A DNA stretch of 64,000 nt from a virus, in the IMG/VR virus record IMGVR_UViG_3300005253_000015, positions 32,001 through 96,000 of that record; one strand, given 5' to 3'. The position numbers and the translations under genes are program-made. Numbering within the stretch: position 1 is the first letter of the stretch; each line of letters begins with the position of its first letter. A model generated the notes under the pieces. It made no database searches. It was not told the DNA's origin and saw only the letters and a program-made list of their open reading frames with translations. This document shows, piece after piece, positions 56,250-64,000 of the stretch.

Positions 56250-56538
56250 TATAATACGCCTCTAAGACCTTTATTGCCTCATCAAGTAATTCTGCCCTTT
56301 CTCTCTGGTGTTGATTCATTATTGCGTATATAGTATCTTTTTTTTCAGCGTATTCGTTTTTCTCATCATCCCAAGTACCAGTAGTCCATCGACAATTACA
56401 ATTGGCTCTGTACGTTCTAAGAATTCTTAAAGTATATTCTTTATCTGGAGTGGAGTCTATATGTAGAACGGGTTCTTGTGTCAATGGTGATAAATTAAAT
56501 TTTTCAGCAGTTTCTATTAATGATTCTTTATCTGTCAT
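56233..56538 (-). CDS. Hypothetical protein
   Basis: First gene of the minus-strand array. Confidence 0.65.
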   Translation of the reverse strand: MTDKESLIETAEKFNLSPLTQEPVLHIDSTPDKEYTLRILRTYRANCNCRWTTGTWDDEKNEYAEKKDTIYAIMNQHQRERAELLDEAIKVLEAYYNRKKT

Positions 56539-56554
56539 TAGTGTAAATTTGATG

Positions 56555-56569
56555 TGTTAACTTTATAAA
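56555..56569 (-). promoter_or_regulatory. TATA promoter motif, copy 3
   Basis: TTTATAAAGTTAACA. Confidence 0.65.
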
Positions 56570-56647
56570 TATTATGGTTTACCGTAAATTTTTAAATGCG
56601 TAAATCTAAGATTATGTATATAACATTATATTTTTAAAGCTTTAATA

Positions 56648-56959
56648 ATGCCTCAGCCTAATATTACTACTGGTGATAGGTCTGCTAGAAGAGTAGCGGA
56701 TGTTCTATTTACGGCATTAACACCTTCTAATGCGGATAAACTATGTGAGGCTATAAATATTGCGGTGTGTGATTATAGGTTTGTTATATTGGATAACATG
56801 ATTGATGACAGCCCAGACATATTTAATGCTAGTCTGAGAAGAACCCTTACCGATATTGCCACTGCCTCTGATATGGCTCTGGGCGGTAAATGTGTTATTA
56901 AATGTAAACTAACACCCGAAGCTAGAGATGATTTAATAACAAGATTGGGACAAGTATGA
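56648..56959 (+). CDS. Hypothetical protein
   Basis: 103 aa. Confidence 0.65.
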   Translation: MPQPNITTGDRSARRVADVLFTALTPSNADKLCEAINIAVCDYRFVILDNMIDDSPDIFNASLRRTLTDIATASDMALGGKCVIKCKLTPEARDDLITRLGQV

Positions 56960-57165
56960 TAGAAATAAAAAAGGAAATTGAAATAGAAGATATTAAGAAC
57001 GAGGTTGTTGATGTTAAGGAACTAAGAAAGCTCCTACGGGATTTTATGTTATGGTATGACGGCTATACTCGTGGAGAACCTACACCAATAAGAAAGTTAA
57101 TTACTCTATATGTAAATATTGAGACATTACTTTTTGGAAAAATAAAAACACCTTCATGGAAATAA
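56956..57165 (+). CDS. Hypothetical protein
   Basis: ATGA overlap. Confidence 0.6.
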   Translation: MIEIKKEIEIEDIKNEVVDVKELRKLLRDFMLWYDGYTRGEPTPIRKLITLYVNIETLLFGKIKTPSWK

Positions 57166-57671
57166 CATTATAGAAAGAAAAAATGTCTTTCATCATAATT
57201 CTTTTTTTTATATTTTAAAACTTTCTTAAGTTCACTCTTCACTTCTCTAGAAATATAGTCTTTTAAGGTTAAAAATACCCTTTTCTCGATATTTTTTATC
57301 TCTAATTCATCTAATTGTATCATCGAAAAAATGATGGTTTAAAATACGTTTAAATGAATGGTCTGAAATAGTTTACTAATATGTATAGAAAGGCTTAAAA
57401 AGTTAATATCCAATTTAATAATTACTATGAACGAATTAAAAGATAAGTTGGAAGAATTTTTTTTAAAGGTATTAGAAGAGAATATAGCGGATGATATTTA
57501 TATTCTTTTATAACACTCATATTTTTTAACTTTTATTTAATTATTATGTTTTTTATAAATAATGTTAATAATGCACATCTTATAAAAGTTTAGGAGTATA
57601 AGAAATTACTAAAGTGTCATACCCTTTCATCATATTTATAAAGTGTATATCTTTATTATTAATTGAATAAT

Positions 57672-57836
57672 ATGGTATCAATTAAGATAAATGACGACTT
57701 AATTAAGAAATTAAAGGATAAATGGCTTGAAATACATACTTTAGATACTGATAAAAAAATTACTCATATTATTATTGAAGTTATAAAAAAATATATTTTA
57801 AATAAAGGTGAAAAATCATCGCAAAAAGACCAATAG
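57672..57836 (+). CDS. 54-aa RHH-like protein
   Basis: MVSIKINDDLIKKLK; TTTATAAA upstream. Confidence 0.55.
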   Translation: MVSIKINDDLIKKLKDKWLEIHTLDTDKKITHIIIEVIKKYILNKGEKSSQKDQ

Positions 57837-58141
57837 ACCATGATAAATCGGCTTTTGTTAATAAGCAGATAAATTCTAATTTAAAACTTAAATTTATAGA
57901 TGGTAGGATTAATGAAACAAAAAAAGAGGGTGTCAAGGATGTATTGAAGATTACTCTTGTCAATCCTAATGATGGAATTACCGTCATATTAACGGGTAAG
58001 AAGGCTACTCATATAGCTAGGGAATGGGATAGACGAATGTTTAGTTCAAAAGAGCCTATTCATATGGTACTTTCAATGCCCACCATCAAGCAAAGACATA
58101 TAACCGATAAATTTAATGGTGAAGAAGAACAAGAGGAATAG
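57818..58141 (+). CDS. Hypothetical protein, probable ATC start
   Basis: AGGTGA SD then ATC GCA AAA AGA, 42 codons upstream of the tracked TTG. Confidence 0.6.
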   Translation: MAKRPIDHDKSAFVNKQINSNLKLKFIDGRINETKKEGVKDVLKITLVNPNDGITVILTGKKATHIAREWDRRMFSSKEPIHMVLSMPTIKQRHITDKFNGEEEQEE

Positions 58142-58143
58142 TC

Positions 58144-58371
58144 ATGACAAAAGTGCCTAAGAAGATACCTATTGGTACTTCTCTTCTTGAAGAAGATAGA
58201 ATTAAGCTTGAGGCTTTGAAGGAGAGGTCTTATATCAAGTCTATAGCTGAGGGTATTAGAAGGGCTACTAATGAATGGCTACACAAACCAGAAGTCGTTA
58301 TTAAACTTAATGAAGATGTTAATCAAAAAAGGATTGTTGATTATGCCCGAAAACAAAAGAAAGACCAGTAG
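58144..58371 (+). CDS. RHH-like regulator
   Basis: IPIGTSL.EED..KLE.L...SIAE.IRRA..EWL. Confidence 0.65.
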   Translation: MTKVPKKIPIGTSLLEEDRIKLEALKERSYIKSIAEGIRRATNEWLHKPEVVIKLNEDVNQKRIVDYARKQKKDQ

Positions 58372-58519
58372 TGATGCTATAGCGTCTCTGGAAGAGGCAT
58401 ATAAAAGATTAGCTGAGAAATATAAAATTGTTATAAAGACTCTGGACTTGATTGGAAGTAAATTAACTGAAATACAAAAAATTATACCAGAAACTATAAG
58501 TGAGTTAATGGAATTATGA
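58343..58519 (+). CDS. Small coiled-coil protein
   Basis: MPENKRK...; overlaps the ERCC4 start. Confidence 0.5.
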   Translation: MPENKRKTSSDAIASLEEAYKRLAEKYKIVIKTLDLIGSKLTEIQKIIPETISELMEL

Positions 58520-59577
58520 CTGACCAGAAATTAGCAATATTAGAAGTAAAGGTAGATGTCCGTGAACCAGATGATACTCTCGAAAAAGTTTTAACATTTT
58601 GTCCGTTAGCTAAAAGAGAGCAGCTGGAGATTGGTGATATCGTCTATAAACATGTTGCTATAGAACTTAAATCTTGGGTTGATTTCATTAATGCCTTTAC
58701 ATCTAGGAGTGATGATAGATATAGAAGGCAATTATATAATTTTCTTATCAATAAGGAAATTGAAGGTTATTATGTTATTTATGGGGATTGGGAAGAAATT
58801 AATGATTACTCTCATGTAAAAATGACAGCTGTATTAGGAGCAATTGCTTCAATCCAAGCCCGTTATGGTATGAGATTAATGATTTTACCTAATAAGGATT
58901 ATGCTATCTATACTTCTCTTAAAATAATTGAGAAGACATTTGACCATAAAGATGTTAGACCAGTTGTTTATAAAGTTGGCACGGATGAGAGGGCTATAGA
59001 TATGCTCGTTGCTGCTGGTAATCGTATTGGTAGTAGTGATGCCATTAGATTACTTAGCCATTTCAAGACAGCTAAAAATGTAGTGAATGCCACATCTAAA
59101 CAATTACAAGAAGTTAAAAAGGTTGGTAAGGTTAAGGCTGATAATTTAATAAAAACATTTAATTATGATTTTAAAGCTAAAAAAGATTTCGAAGATAATA
59201 TGAACGATTTATCAGAGGAAGCTCCAAAAAAAGAGGAGAAAGTAGAGAAAAAAGCTCCTAAAAGAAAACCGCCTATAAATAGAGTTATAGAAGAGGCAAT
59301 ACCAATTGATGTAGAAATGGATATAGATATTATTGATATTGAGGCTGATAGGGTAGACTTCATAAAAGAGCATTATAAAGATTTTGATAAGCAGAAAAGG
59401 CTTGTTATGGAAGCTATAGACATGTATACTAAGAAAATAAAAAAGCCAGTTCCTTTAGCAAATCTAGTTAGTGCTCTTCCAACGATTGGTAAGGAAAGAG
59501 TATTTGAGGTAATACAAGATTTAATTAGAGAGTCTATGATATATGAGGCTGAAAAGGATAAATATGAAGCATTCTAA
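58516..59577 (+). CDS. ERCC4/XPF(Hef)-family structure-specific nuclease with HhH and C-terminal winged helix
   Basis: VDVRE, LEIGD, IELKS..DF, RQL; HhH L.EVKKVGKVKA. Confidence 0.9.
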   Translation: MTDQKLAILEVKVDVREPDDTLEKVLTFCPLAKREQLEIGDIVYKHVAIELKSWVDFINAFTSRSDDRYRRQLYNFLINKEIEGYYVIYGDWEEINDYSHVKMTAVLGAIASIQARYGMRLMILPNKDYAIYTSLKIIEKTFDHKDVRPVVYKVGTDERAIDMLVAAGNRIGSSDAIRLLSHFKTAKNVVNATSKQLQEVKKVGKVKADNLIKTFNYDFKAKKDFEDNMNDLSEEAPKKEEKVEKKAPKRKPPINRVIEEAIPIDVEMDIDIIDIEADRVDFIKEHYKDFDKQKRLVMEAIDMYTKKIKKPVPLANLVSALPTIGKERVFEVIQDLIRESMIYEAEKDKYEAF

Positions 59578-59694
59578 AAAAAATAAGCATTTTAAAAAGT
59601 TTAATATCCCCAAAATCGTTTCTAATATAGATAAGGGTATTATTATCGGAACATTAAAAAAATAATATAAATACATGATAAAAAGGGTGTTATA

Positions 59695-59916
59695 ATGGGA
59701 ATAGGGATAAAGGAAAAGTCGACATTTAAGACTTATGACCAAATGTTATTAGACAAGTTAGAAGAGATTGGTAAATCTACATTATTAGAGTGGGCTAAAG
59801 CAATGGGGTATGATTATTCTAATACTATGGCAAAGTTTGCCAAGAATTTATCTGATAGATTGATTATAACACGCTATAAATCAAGAAGAGTAAAATATTA
59901 CGAGGTTAAGAAATAA
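59695..59916 (+). CDS. Winged-helix protein
   Basis: TLLEWAKAMGY...KYYEV. Confidence 0.6.
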   Translation: MGIGIKEKSTFKTYDQMLLDKLEEIGKSTLLEWAKAMGYDYSNTMAKFAKNLSDRLIITRYKSRRVKYYEVKK

Positions 59917-59919
59917 TGG

Positions 59920-59947
59920 GTCTCCTTACATTAATATGTGTGGGGAC
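59920..59947 (+). other. Intergenic stem-loop
   Basis: GTCTCC-T-TACAT-TAAT-ATGTG-T-GGGGAC. Confidence 0.5.
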
Positions 59948-59992
59948 ATTGTTAATAGTTAATATATTTCAGGATTTTCCAGAGGATTAAAA

Positions 59993-60187
59993 ATGAAGTT
60001 AGAAAATGTTAGAAAAATATTGGATATCAGCATAACTTATGAAGATTTATTAATGTACACAAATGCTATAAGTACCATCATTCCTCATATTAATGGAAAT
60101 GGTTTGGAAGAGGTAATAAATAGATTAAAAAGACTTACTTTAGAATTAACAAAAATAGTGACTAATGTGAGGGATTATGAAAGATGA
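59993..60187 (+). CDS. Hypothetical protein, paralog of 60522
   Basis: MKLE.V.KIL..SI...II.H..G...RDY. Confidence 0.65.
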   Translation: MKLENVRKILDISITYEDLLMYTNAISTIIPHINGNGLEEVINRLKRLTLELTKIVTNVRDYER

Positions 60188-60507
60188 TTAGTATTAGAGT
60201 AGATGGAATGATTACATGCGATTGTGATAAATGTTTTTATATCATACACTTAAAAGATGATAATGATAATAATATAGTAGATGCTTTGGGTATGAATTTC
60301 CATTTCTTTAAGCAAAAGGGTAAGGTTGTACATAAGTGTTTATGCAAAAAACATTCTATTGAAAAAGATAAAATATCAATTTCTCGTGAAGATATAATGA
60401 AGATTGTACAAAATATAAGGAAGTTCTCTAGTAAAAATACTGAGTTTAAGGGAGCAGGAATATCCCTAAATATAAGAAAGATTTTTGGTGAAAAATTGAG
60501 ATTATAA
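60184..60507 (+). CDS. Zinc-finger protein
   Basis: CDCDKC..CLCKKH. Confidence 0.6.
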   Translation: MISIRVDGMITCDCDKCFYIIHLKDDNDNNIVDALGMNFHFFKQKGKVVHKCLCKKHSIEKDKISISREDIMKIVQNIRKFSSKNTEFKGAGISLNIRKIFGEKLRL

Positions 60508-60521
60508 TTAAAATAAAAGAG

Positions 60522-60731
60522 TTGCAAAATGAAATGAAATTAGAAAGTGTTGATAAGATATTAAATGTTAGTATAAATGCTAAGGCTTTATCTAATAGTG
60601 TCTCAGCTTTACAAAGAATTATTAGCCATTTAGAAGGGGATAGTAACGAAGATATGAGAAGAGATTTAAAAAATTTAGAGGACTTCTGTGGGCGATTAGA
60701 TAAAATGCTATTAGATGCGAGGGATTATTAA
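60522..60731 (+). CDS. Hypothetical protein, paralog of 59993
   Basis: As above. Confidence 0.65.
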   Translation: MQNEMKLESVDKILNVSINAKALSNSVSALQRIISHLEGDSNEDMRRDLKNLEDFCGRLDKMLLDARDY

Positions 60732-60918
60732 AATGGCAAAAGAACCAGATATGATTATACATCTTAATAATGAAAAAATATTTACTAAAATGGAAACGGT
60801 AATAGCGAAAATATCATTTTCAAAACGTAATTCAAATGATACAAATATACTATTATGTGGTGTCATAGCATTATTAGTTGATATAGATAAAAATTTACGG
60901 AAATTAATAGGTGAATAA
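60715..60918 (+). CDS. Hypothetical protein
   Basis: Operon position. Confidence 0.55.
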   Translation: MRGIIKMAKEPDMIIHLNNEKIFTKMETVIAKISFSKRNSNDTNILLCGVIALLVDIDKNLRKLIGE

Positions 60919-60920
60919 TA

Positions 60921-61175
60921 ATGGCAGAAAAAAAGACTACAATACATAAAATAAGCACTCTTGATGATGCTATATTTATATATGAACCCAATAAGCCTAA
61001 TAGCGATTTAGAGGATATTGTGATTCAATTTGGGCATGAACCAGAGTTTATTGAGGAATCTAAGGCAACTTATGTTGATATATATCTTAGAGATATTCCA
61101 TATTTCTGTTCTAAGTTATTAGAAGTATATCATAAATCAATGAAAATAATAAGAAATAAAAAAGAGGTAAAATAG
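60921..61175 (+). CDS. Hypothetical protein
   Basis: AGGTGA SD. Confidence 0.6.
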   Translation: MAEKKTTIHKISTLDDAIFIYEPNKPNSDLEDIVIQFGHEPEFIEESKATYVDIYLRDIPYFCSKLLEVYHKSMKIIRNKKEVK

Positions 61176-61176
61176 T

Positions 61177-61563
61177 ATGAGCATAGATAATATAAATGAA
61201 AGATTAGATTTTGTAGAAAGATTTGATAAATTAAGTCTCGATGGAAAGAAAGCTTTTATATTATTTCAACGAACATCATTATCAAATTATAATTTTGGGG
61301 AGATTGAAGACCAAAGTAATGCAGAATTTGGTAGATTTCTTAGAGATGTTTTAAAGAATCAGAGAGAAATGATGAAGTATAAAGTTCAAGAATGGTATTT
61401 AAAATTGAGAGATATGGAATTACAATATGACCCTCTTACTGATTATGATAGATTTAAAAATGATGAAAAGACTTTAAAAGATATTATTGAACAGATGGGG
61501 GTCTGGGCTGGTAATGAAGAATGTATAAATAAACAAGTTGATGAAATAAGGGGTAAAATATAA
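61177..61563 (+). CDS. Hypothetical protein
   Basis: GAGGT SD. Confidence 0.6.
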   Translation: MSIDNINERLDFVERFDKLSLDGKKAFILFQRTSLSNYNFGEIEDQSNAEFGRFLRDVLKNQREMMKYKVQEWYLKLRDMELQYDPLTDYDRFKNDEKTLKDIIEQMGVWAGNEECINKQVDEIRGKI

Positions 61564-62315
61564 TGGCAGAAGGACATAATTATCAATTATTAACGGCAAT
61601 AGTAAAAATTGTACGACCTAAGAACTCCCCAGTTCTAGGAATCGCTGATGGTATTGGAAAGTTTATGTGGCTTCCAACTGATAAGATTATTATATCACAT
61701 CCACAACAATTTGATGTATGGCAAACGACTATATTTGCTATTGACCATACTTGGAAGATTACTTGGAAGGAAGAGCAAAACTGGGAGCAATATAAAAATA
61801 CATACTCAAATACTAAACCAATTATACAACCAGTACCTTCAATGTTTATACAACAAACCGTACCACAAGCACAAATGCCACCTACTCAATCAACAATGCC
61901 CATAAATCAACCGATTGTTCCGACTACAGCAACTCAACCAGCCAACCACCCAGAACCATCAACCACAACTGCTCCACCAAATATGTTTCAACCATCACAA
62001 ACAATTCCAGAACCACTTCAAGGCTCGATTCCTAATACATCATCGGATAGTATCATATCACCCCCACAAGTGGGAAAAGATGTTTATTTAGCAATAATAG
62101 CGAATGAATTAACATCAATTAGAAAATTGTTTGAGTTGTTTATAAACCCGCCTAAGTTAATCACTGCTGATGAATTAGTGGTTGAGAATATGAAAGTAAA
62201 AACTATGGAGCAAATAACAGAGGAGTTTGGAGCACCCCCTGCCGAAGAAGAGGCACTTATTAATAAGCAGTTAGAGAGTAAAACTAATAAAGGCAAACTA
62301 CCAAATATATTCTAA
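61563..62315 (+). CDS. Protein with small beta domain and Pro/Gln/Thr-rich linker
   Basis: WLP..KI N-domain; P/Q/T-rich middle. Confidence 0.7.
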   Translation: MAEGHNYQLLTAIVKIVRPKNSPVLGIADGIGKFMWLPTDKIIISHPQQFDVWQTTIFAIDHTWKITWKEEQNWEQYKNTYSNTKPIIQPVPSMFIQQTVPQAQMPPTQSTMPINQPIVPTTATQPANHPEPSTTTAPPNMFQPSQTIPEPLQGSIPNTSSDSIISPPQVGKDVYLAIIANELTSIRKLFELFINPPKLITADELVVENMKVKTMEQITEEFGAPPAEEEALINKQLESKTNKGKLPNIF

Positions 62316-62326
62316 GGTAATAATTT

Positions 62327-62623
62327 TTGAGTATGAAAAAATCTAAATCGTATGAAAAATTAGAACAAGAAAAGCTTATATTAGAAGGAGAACGATTCTC
62401 CGTTATAAGGAATTGTGTAATTAATAAGCTTGAATTATATAATTGTCAGAATTGTTTGATTTTATCAAATACTTTAGGACGGTTATATATTGGAGATAAA
62501 ATCCCAGATTTTAATGATAAGAGATTCTTTAGAAAGATTCGGAGAAAGCGTTATCGCAATAAGTATGGAAGTAATAATAATATTATTACTAATAATATAG
62601 TAAAAGGATATGATATAATATAA
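62327..62623 (+). CDS. Hypothetical protein
   Basis: 98 aa. Confidence 0.55.
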   Translation: MSMKKSKSYEKLEQEKLILEGERFSVIRNCVINKLELYNCQNCLILSNTLGRLYIGDKIPDFNDKRFFRKIRRKRYRNKYGSNNNIITNNIVKGYDII

Positions 62624-62817
62624 TGTTAGAATATTGGAATGTTTTTTTGGCTTTAGGGGTAGTAATGTTTTTTGCTATAATGTTTTTTACAGCATTTTTA
62701 CCATCTTTAAGTGATATGAAATTCAGATTTCGATTTATATATAATATGGGATATCTATTCCTATGGGTAAGTTTCATGCTCTTAATATGGGGTAGTATTG
62801 CCGAGACATTCTTTTGA
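62623..62817 (+). CDS. Small 2-TM membrane protein
   Basis: Hydrophobic. Confidence 0.65.
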   Translation: MLEYWNVFLALGVVMFFAIMFFTAFLPSLSDMKFRFRFIYNMGYLFLWVSFMLLIWGSIAETFF

Positions 62818-62835
62818 CTGATTGGAAAGTAATAT

Positions 62836-63999
62836 TTATCGCCTTACTCCACGCCCAATCCGTGCTTGTTGTTGTTTTCTTCTTTGTTCTTCTCTAAGTT
62901 TTTCATCTCTAAGCATTTTTTCTCTGGCTGCTTTATCTCTGGCTTTTTTAGCTGCGATTGCTTTTGCTCGTGCTTGTGCTGCTCTCTTAGCCTCGTTCTG
63001 TTGTTTTGGGGTGAGTGGCGATACACCTATTGGGGGCTTTGCTCCTTGTGGCATTCTTGCTGCTGGTGGTGGTGGTTCTACTGGTATAACTCTTCCCCCT
63101 CGTACTCTTATCACTTGTGGTTTCGGTGCTGTTTCTACGACTGCTTGTTTTTTTGCTGTTTCTATTGCTTTTAATACTTGTCCAGCTCCTCCATTAATTC
63201 TAGCAGACATATTCTGAAACATTTTATTAAAATTAGATAAGAAGGCATCCATATCAGTATCAATATTAACTCCAGTAGCTTCTATTTGATTTGCTATGTT
63301 AGTGGATTTAGTTTTTATAGTATCACCAAAAGATTTAAAATTAGTTTTTAATGTATCAAAAGCATCTCCGATTTGTTGGTATGCTTCCATCATTTCTGGT
63401 AATGCTGCCCCTGCCCCTGCTGGAGCGTTAGGTGGAGTTAGATATAATAAATATGCTACAGAATAAAAAGCATCAATCCCCATAGCAATAAAGTCTAGCC
63501 TTCTCGCATGATTAGGTATCCTTCTTGCCCAATTAGCAGATTCTATTATTGCTGGTTTTATTTCTGTTACGGCATCATTCATCTGTGTGGCAACACCTCT
63601 AATACCATCACTTAATGCTGTTGTTTTTTCTTTAATGTCAGTTCCAAATGAAATAAAATTATTTTTCATCTTATTTAACTCAGTACTTATAGTATCGGAA
63701 AGCTTCTTGCCTTGATTAGCAACTACACTAACGTCATTTCTTACACCATCACCTACAGATATAAAAGTATCCTTCATTTTTGTTATAGGTGGCATAACAT
63801 TTCTATCTACAAACCCCTTAATTTCGACCTTCATTTTAGTTAATAGGTCTGGTACTACTACAGTATTAAGATGGTTTTCTATCTGTGCAGGGAGTGCCTT
63901 TATTTCATCTCTAGCGGCAATTATTTTATCATGTATAGTTGTTATTTCAACTTTAAGTTTTTCAAGTTTTTCGATATTTTCAGTTATACTAGCAAGATT
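62836..63999 (-). CDS. 5'-truncated long amphipathic-helical protein with TM segment and basic tail
   Basis: Frame stays open to the window edge; apolipoprotein-like repeats. Confidence 0.75.
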   Translation of the reverse strand, partial: NLASITENIEKLEKLKVEITTIHDKIIAARDEIKALPAQIENHLNTVVVPDLLTKMKVEIKGFVDRNVMPPITKMKDTFISVGDGVRNDVSVVANQGKKLSDTISTELNKMKNNFISFGTDIKEKTTALSDGIRGVATQMNDAVTEIKPAIIESANWARRIPNHARRLDFIAMGIDAFYSVAYLLYLTPPNAPAGAGAALPEMMEAYQQIGDAFDTLKTNFKSFGDTIKTKSTNIANQIEATGVNIDTDMDAFLSNFNKMFQNMSARINGGAGQVLKAIETAKKQAVVETAPKPQVIRVRGGRVIPVEPPPPAARMPQGAKPPIGVSPLTPKQQNEAKRAAQARAKAIAAKKARDKAAREKMLRDEKLREEQRRKQQQARIGRGVRR

Positions 64000-64000
64000 T

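Larger units (their letters stand above)
1..64000. mobile_element. Archaeal virus/provirus genome segment (probably tailless and membrane-containing; host possibly Asgard archaea)
   Basis: Dense short hypothetical ORFs in strand blocks, structural/spike cluster, many homing endonucleases, a lone tRNA, no housekeeping operons; archaeal SD/TATA signals, Pth2, ERCC4. Confidence 0.85.

Noticed and set aside
581-63217. Many antisense or alternate-frame ORFs in the track (e.g. 581, 1300, 7569, 19306, 24309, 29680, 54087, 62822)
   Set aside because: Shadows of better-supported genes; no SD and low-complexity translations
1-64000. Genome-wide stop-codon reassignment
   Set aside because: Long genes are intact in the standard code; TAG (11166, 12172, 12713) and TGA (18099) act as normal stops

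Overview
AT-rich (roughly 30% GC by eye), gene-dense segment of what is most likely an archaeal virus or provirus genome longer than 64 kb; ORFs run off both window edges. Archaeal signals are (A/G)GGTGA Shine-Dalgarno motifs, TATA boxes about 25 nt before leaderless starts, oligo-T terminators, a Pth2-type peptidyl-tRNA hydrolase and an ERCC4/XPF nuclease. An Asgard (Lokiarchaeia-like) host is plausible but is inference. No terminase, portal, HK97 capsid, polymerase, integrase or packaging ATPase is recognisable in the window. Layout: (1) 1-6.8 kb, minus-strand divergent Cys-paired small proteins and a gingipain/caspase-fold protease. (2) 7-32.4 kb, a morphogenesis region with two paralogous beta-rich candidate major capsid proteins (possibly a single-jelly-roll pair), three tandem small structural paralogs, small membrane proteins and large beta-helix/fibre spikes. 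Embedded in it is a radical-SAM/SPASM + 18x CxC Cys-rich protein + CxxCxxCC cassette inside a 7.5 kb segment bounded by 111-bp inverted repeats. (3) 33-44 kb, nucleases, a JAB-domain protein and hypotheticals. (4) 44-56.5 kb, a minus-strand array of small accessory genes with an orphan capsid paralog, Pth2 and a tRNA(CAU). (5) 56.6-62.8 kb, plus-strand regulators and ERCC4. Main discoveries: the virion-locus rSAM/Cys-repeat cassette; three homing-endonuclease insertions that carry recoded duplicates of the target gene terminus; a gene split by a T4-gene-60-like stop+UUCG hairpin (candidate ribosomal hop or micro-intron); and repeated AUC/AUA/CUG start codons alongside an atypical initiator-like tRNA preceded by a K-turn.
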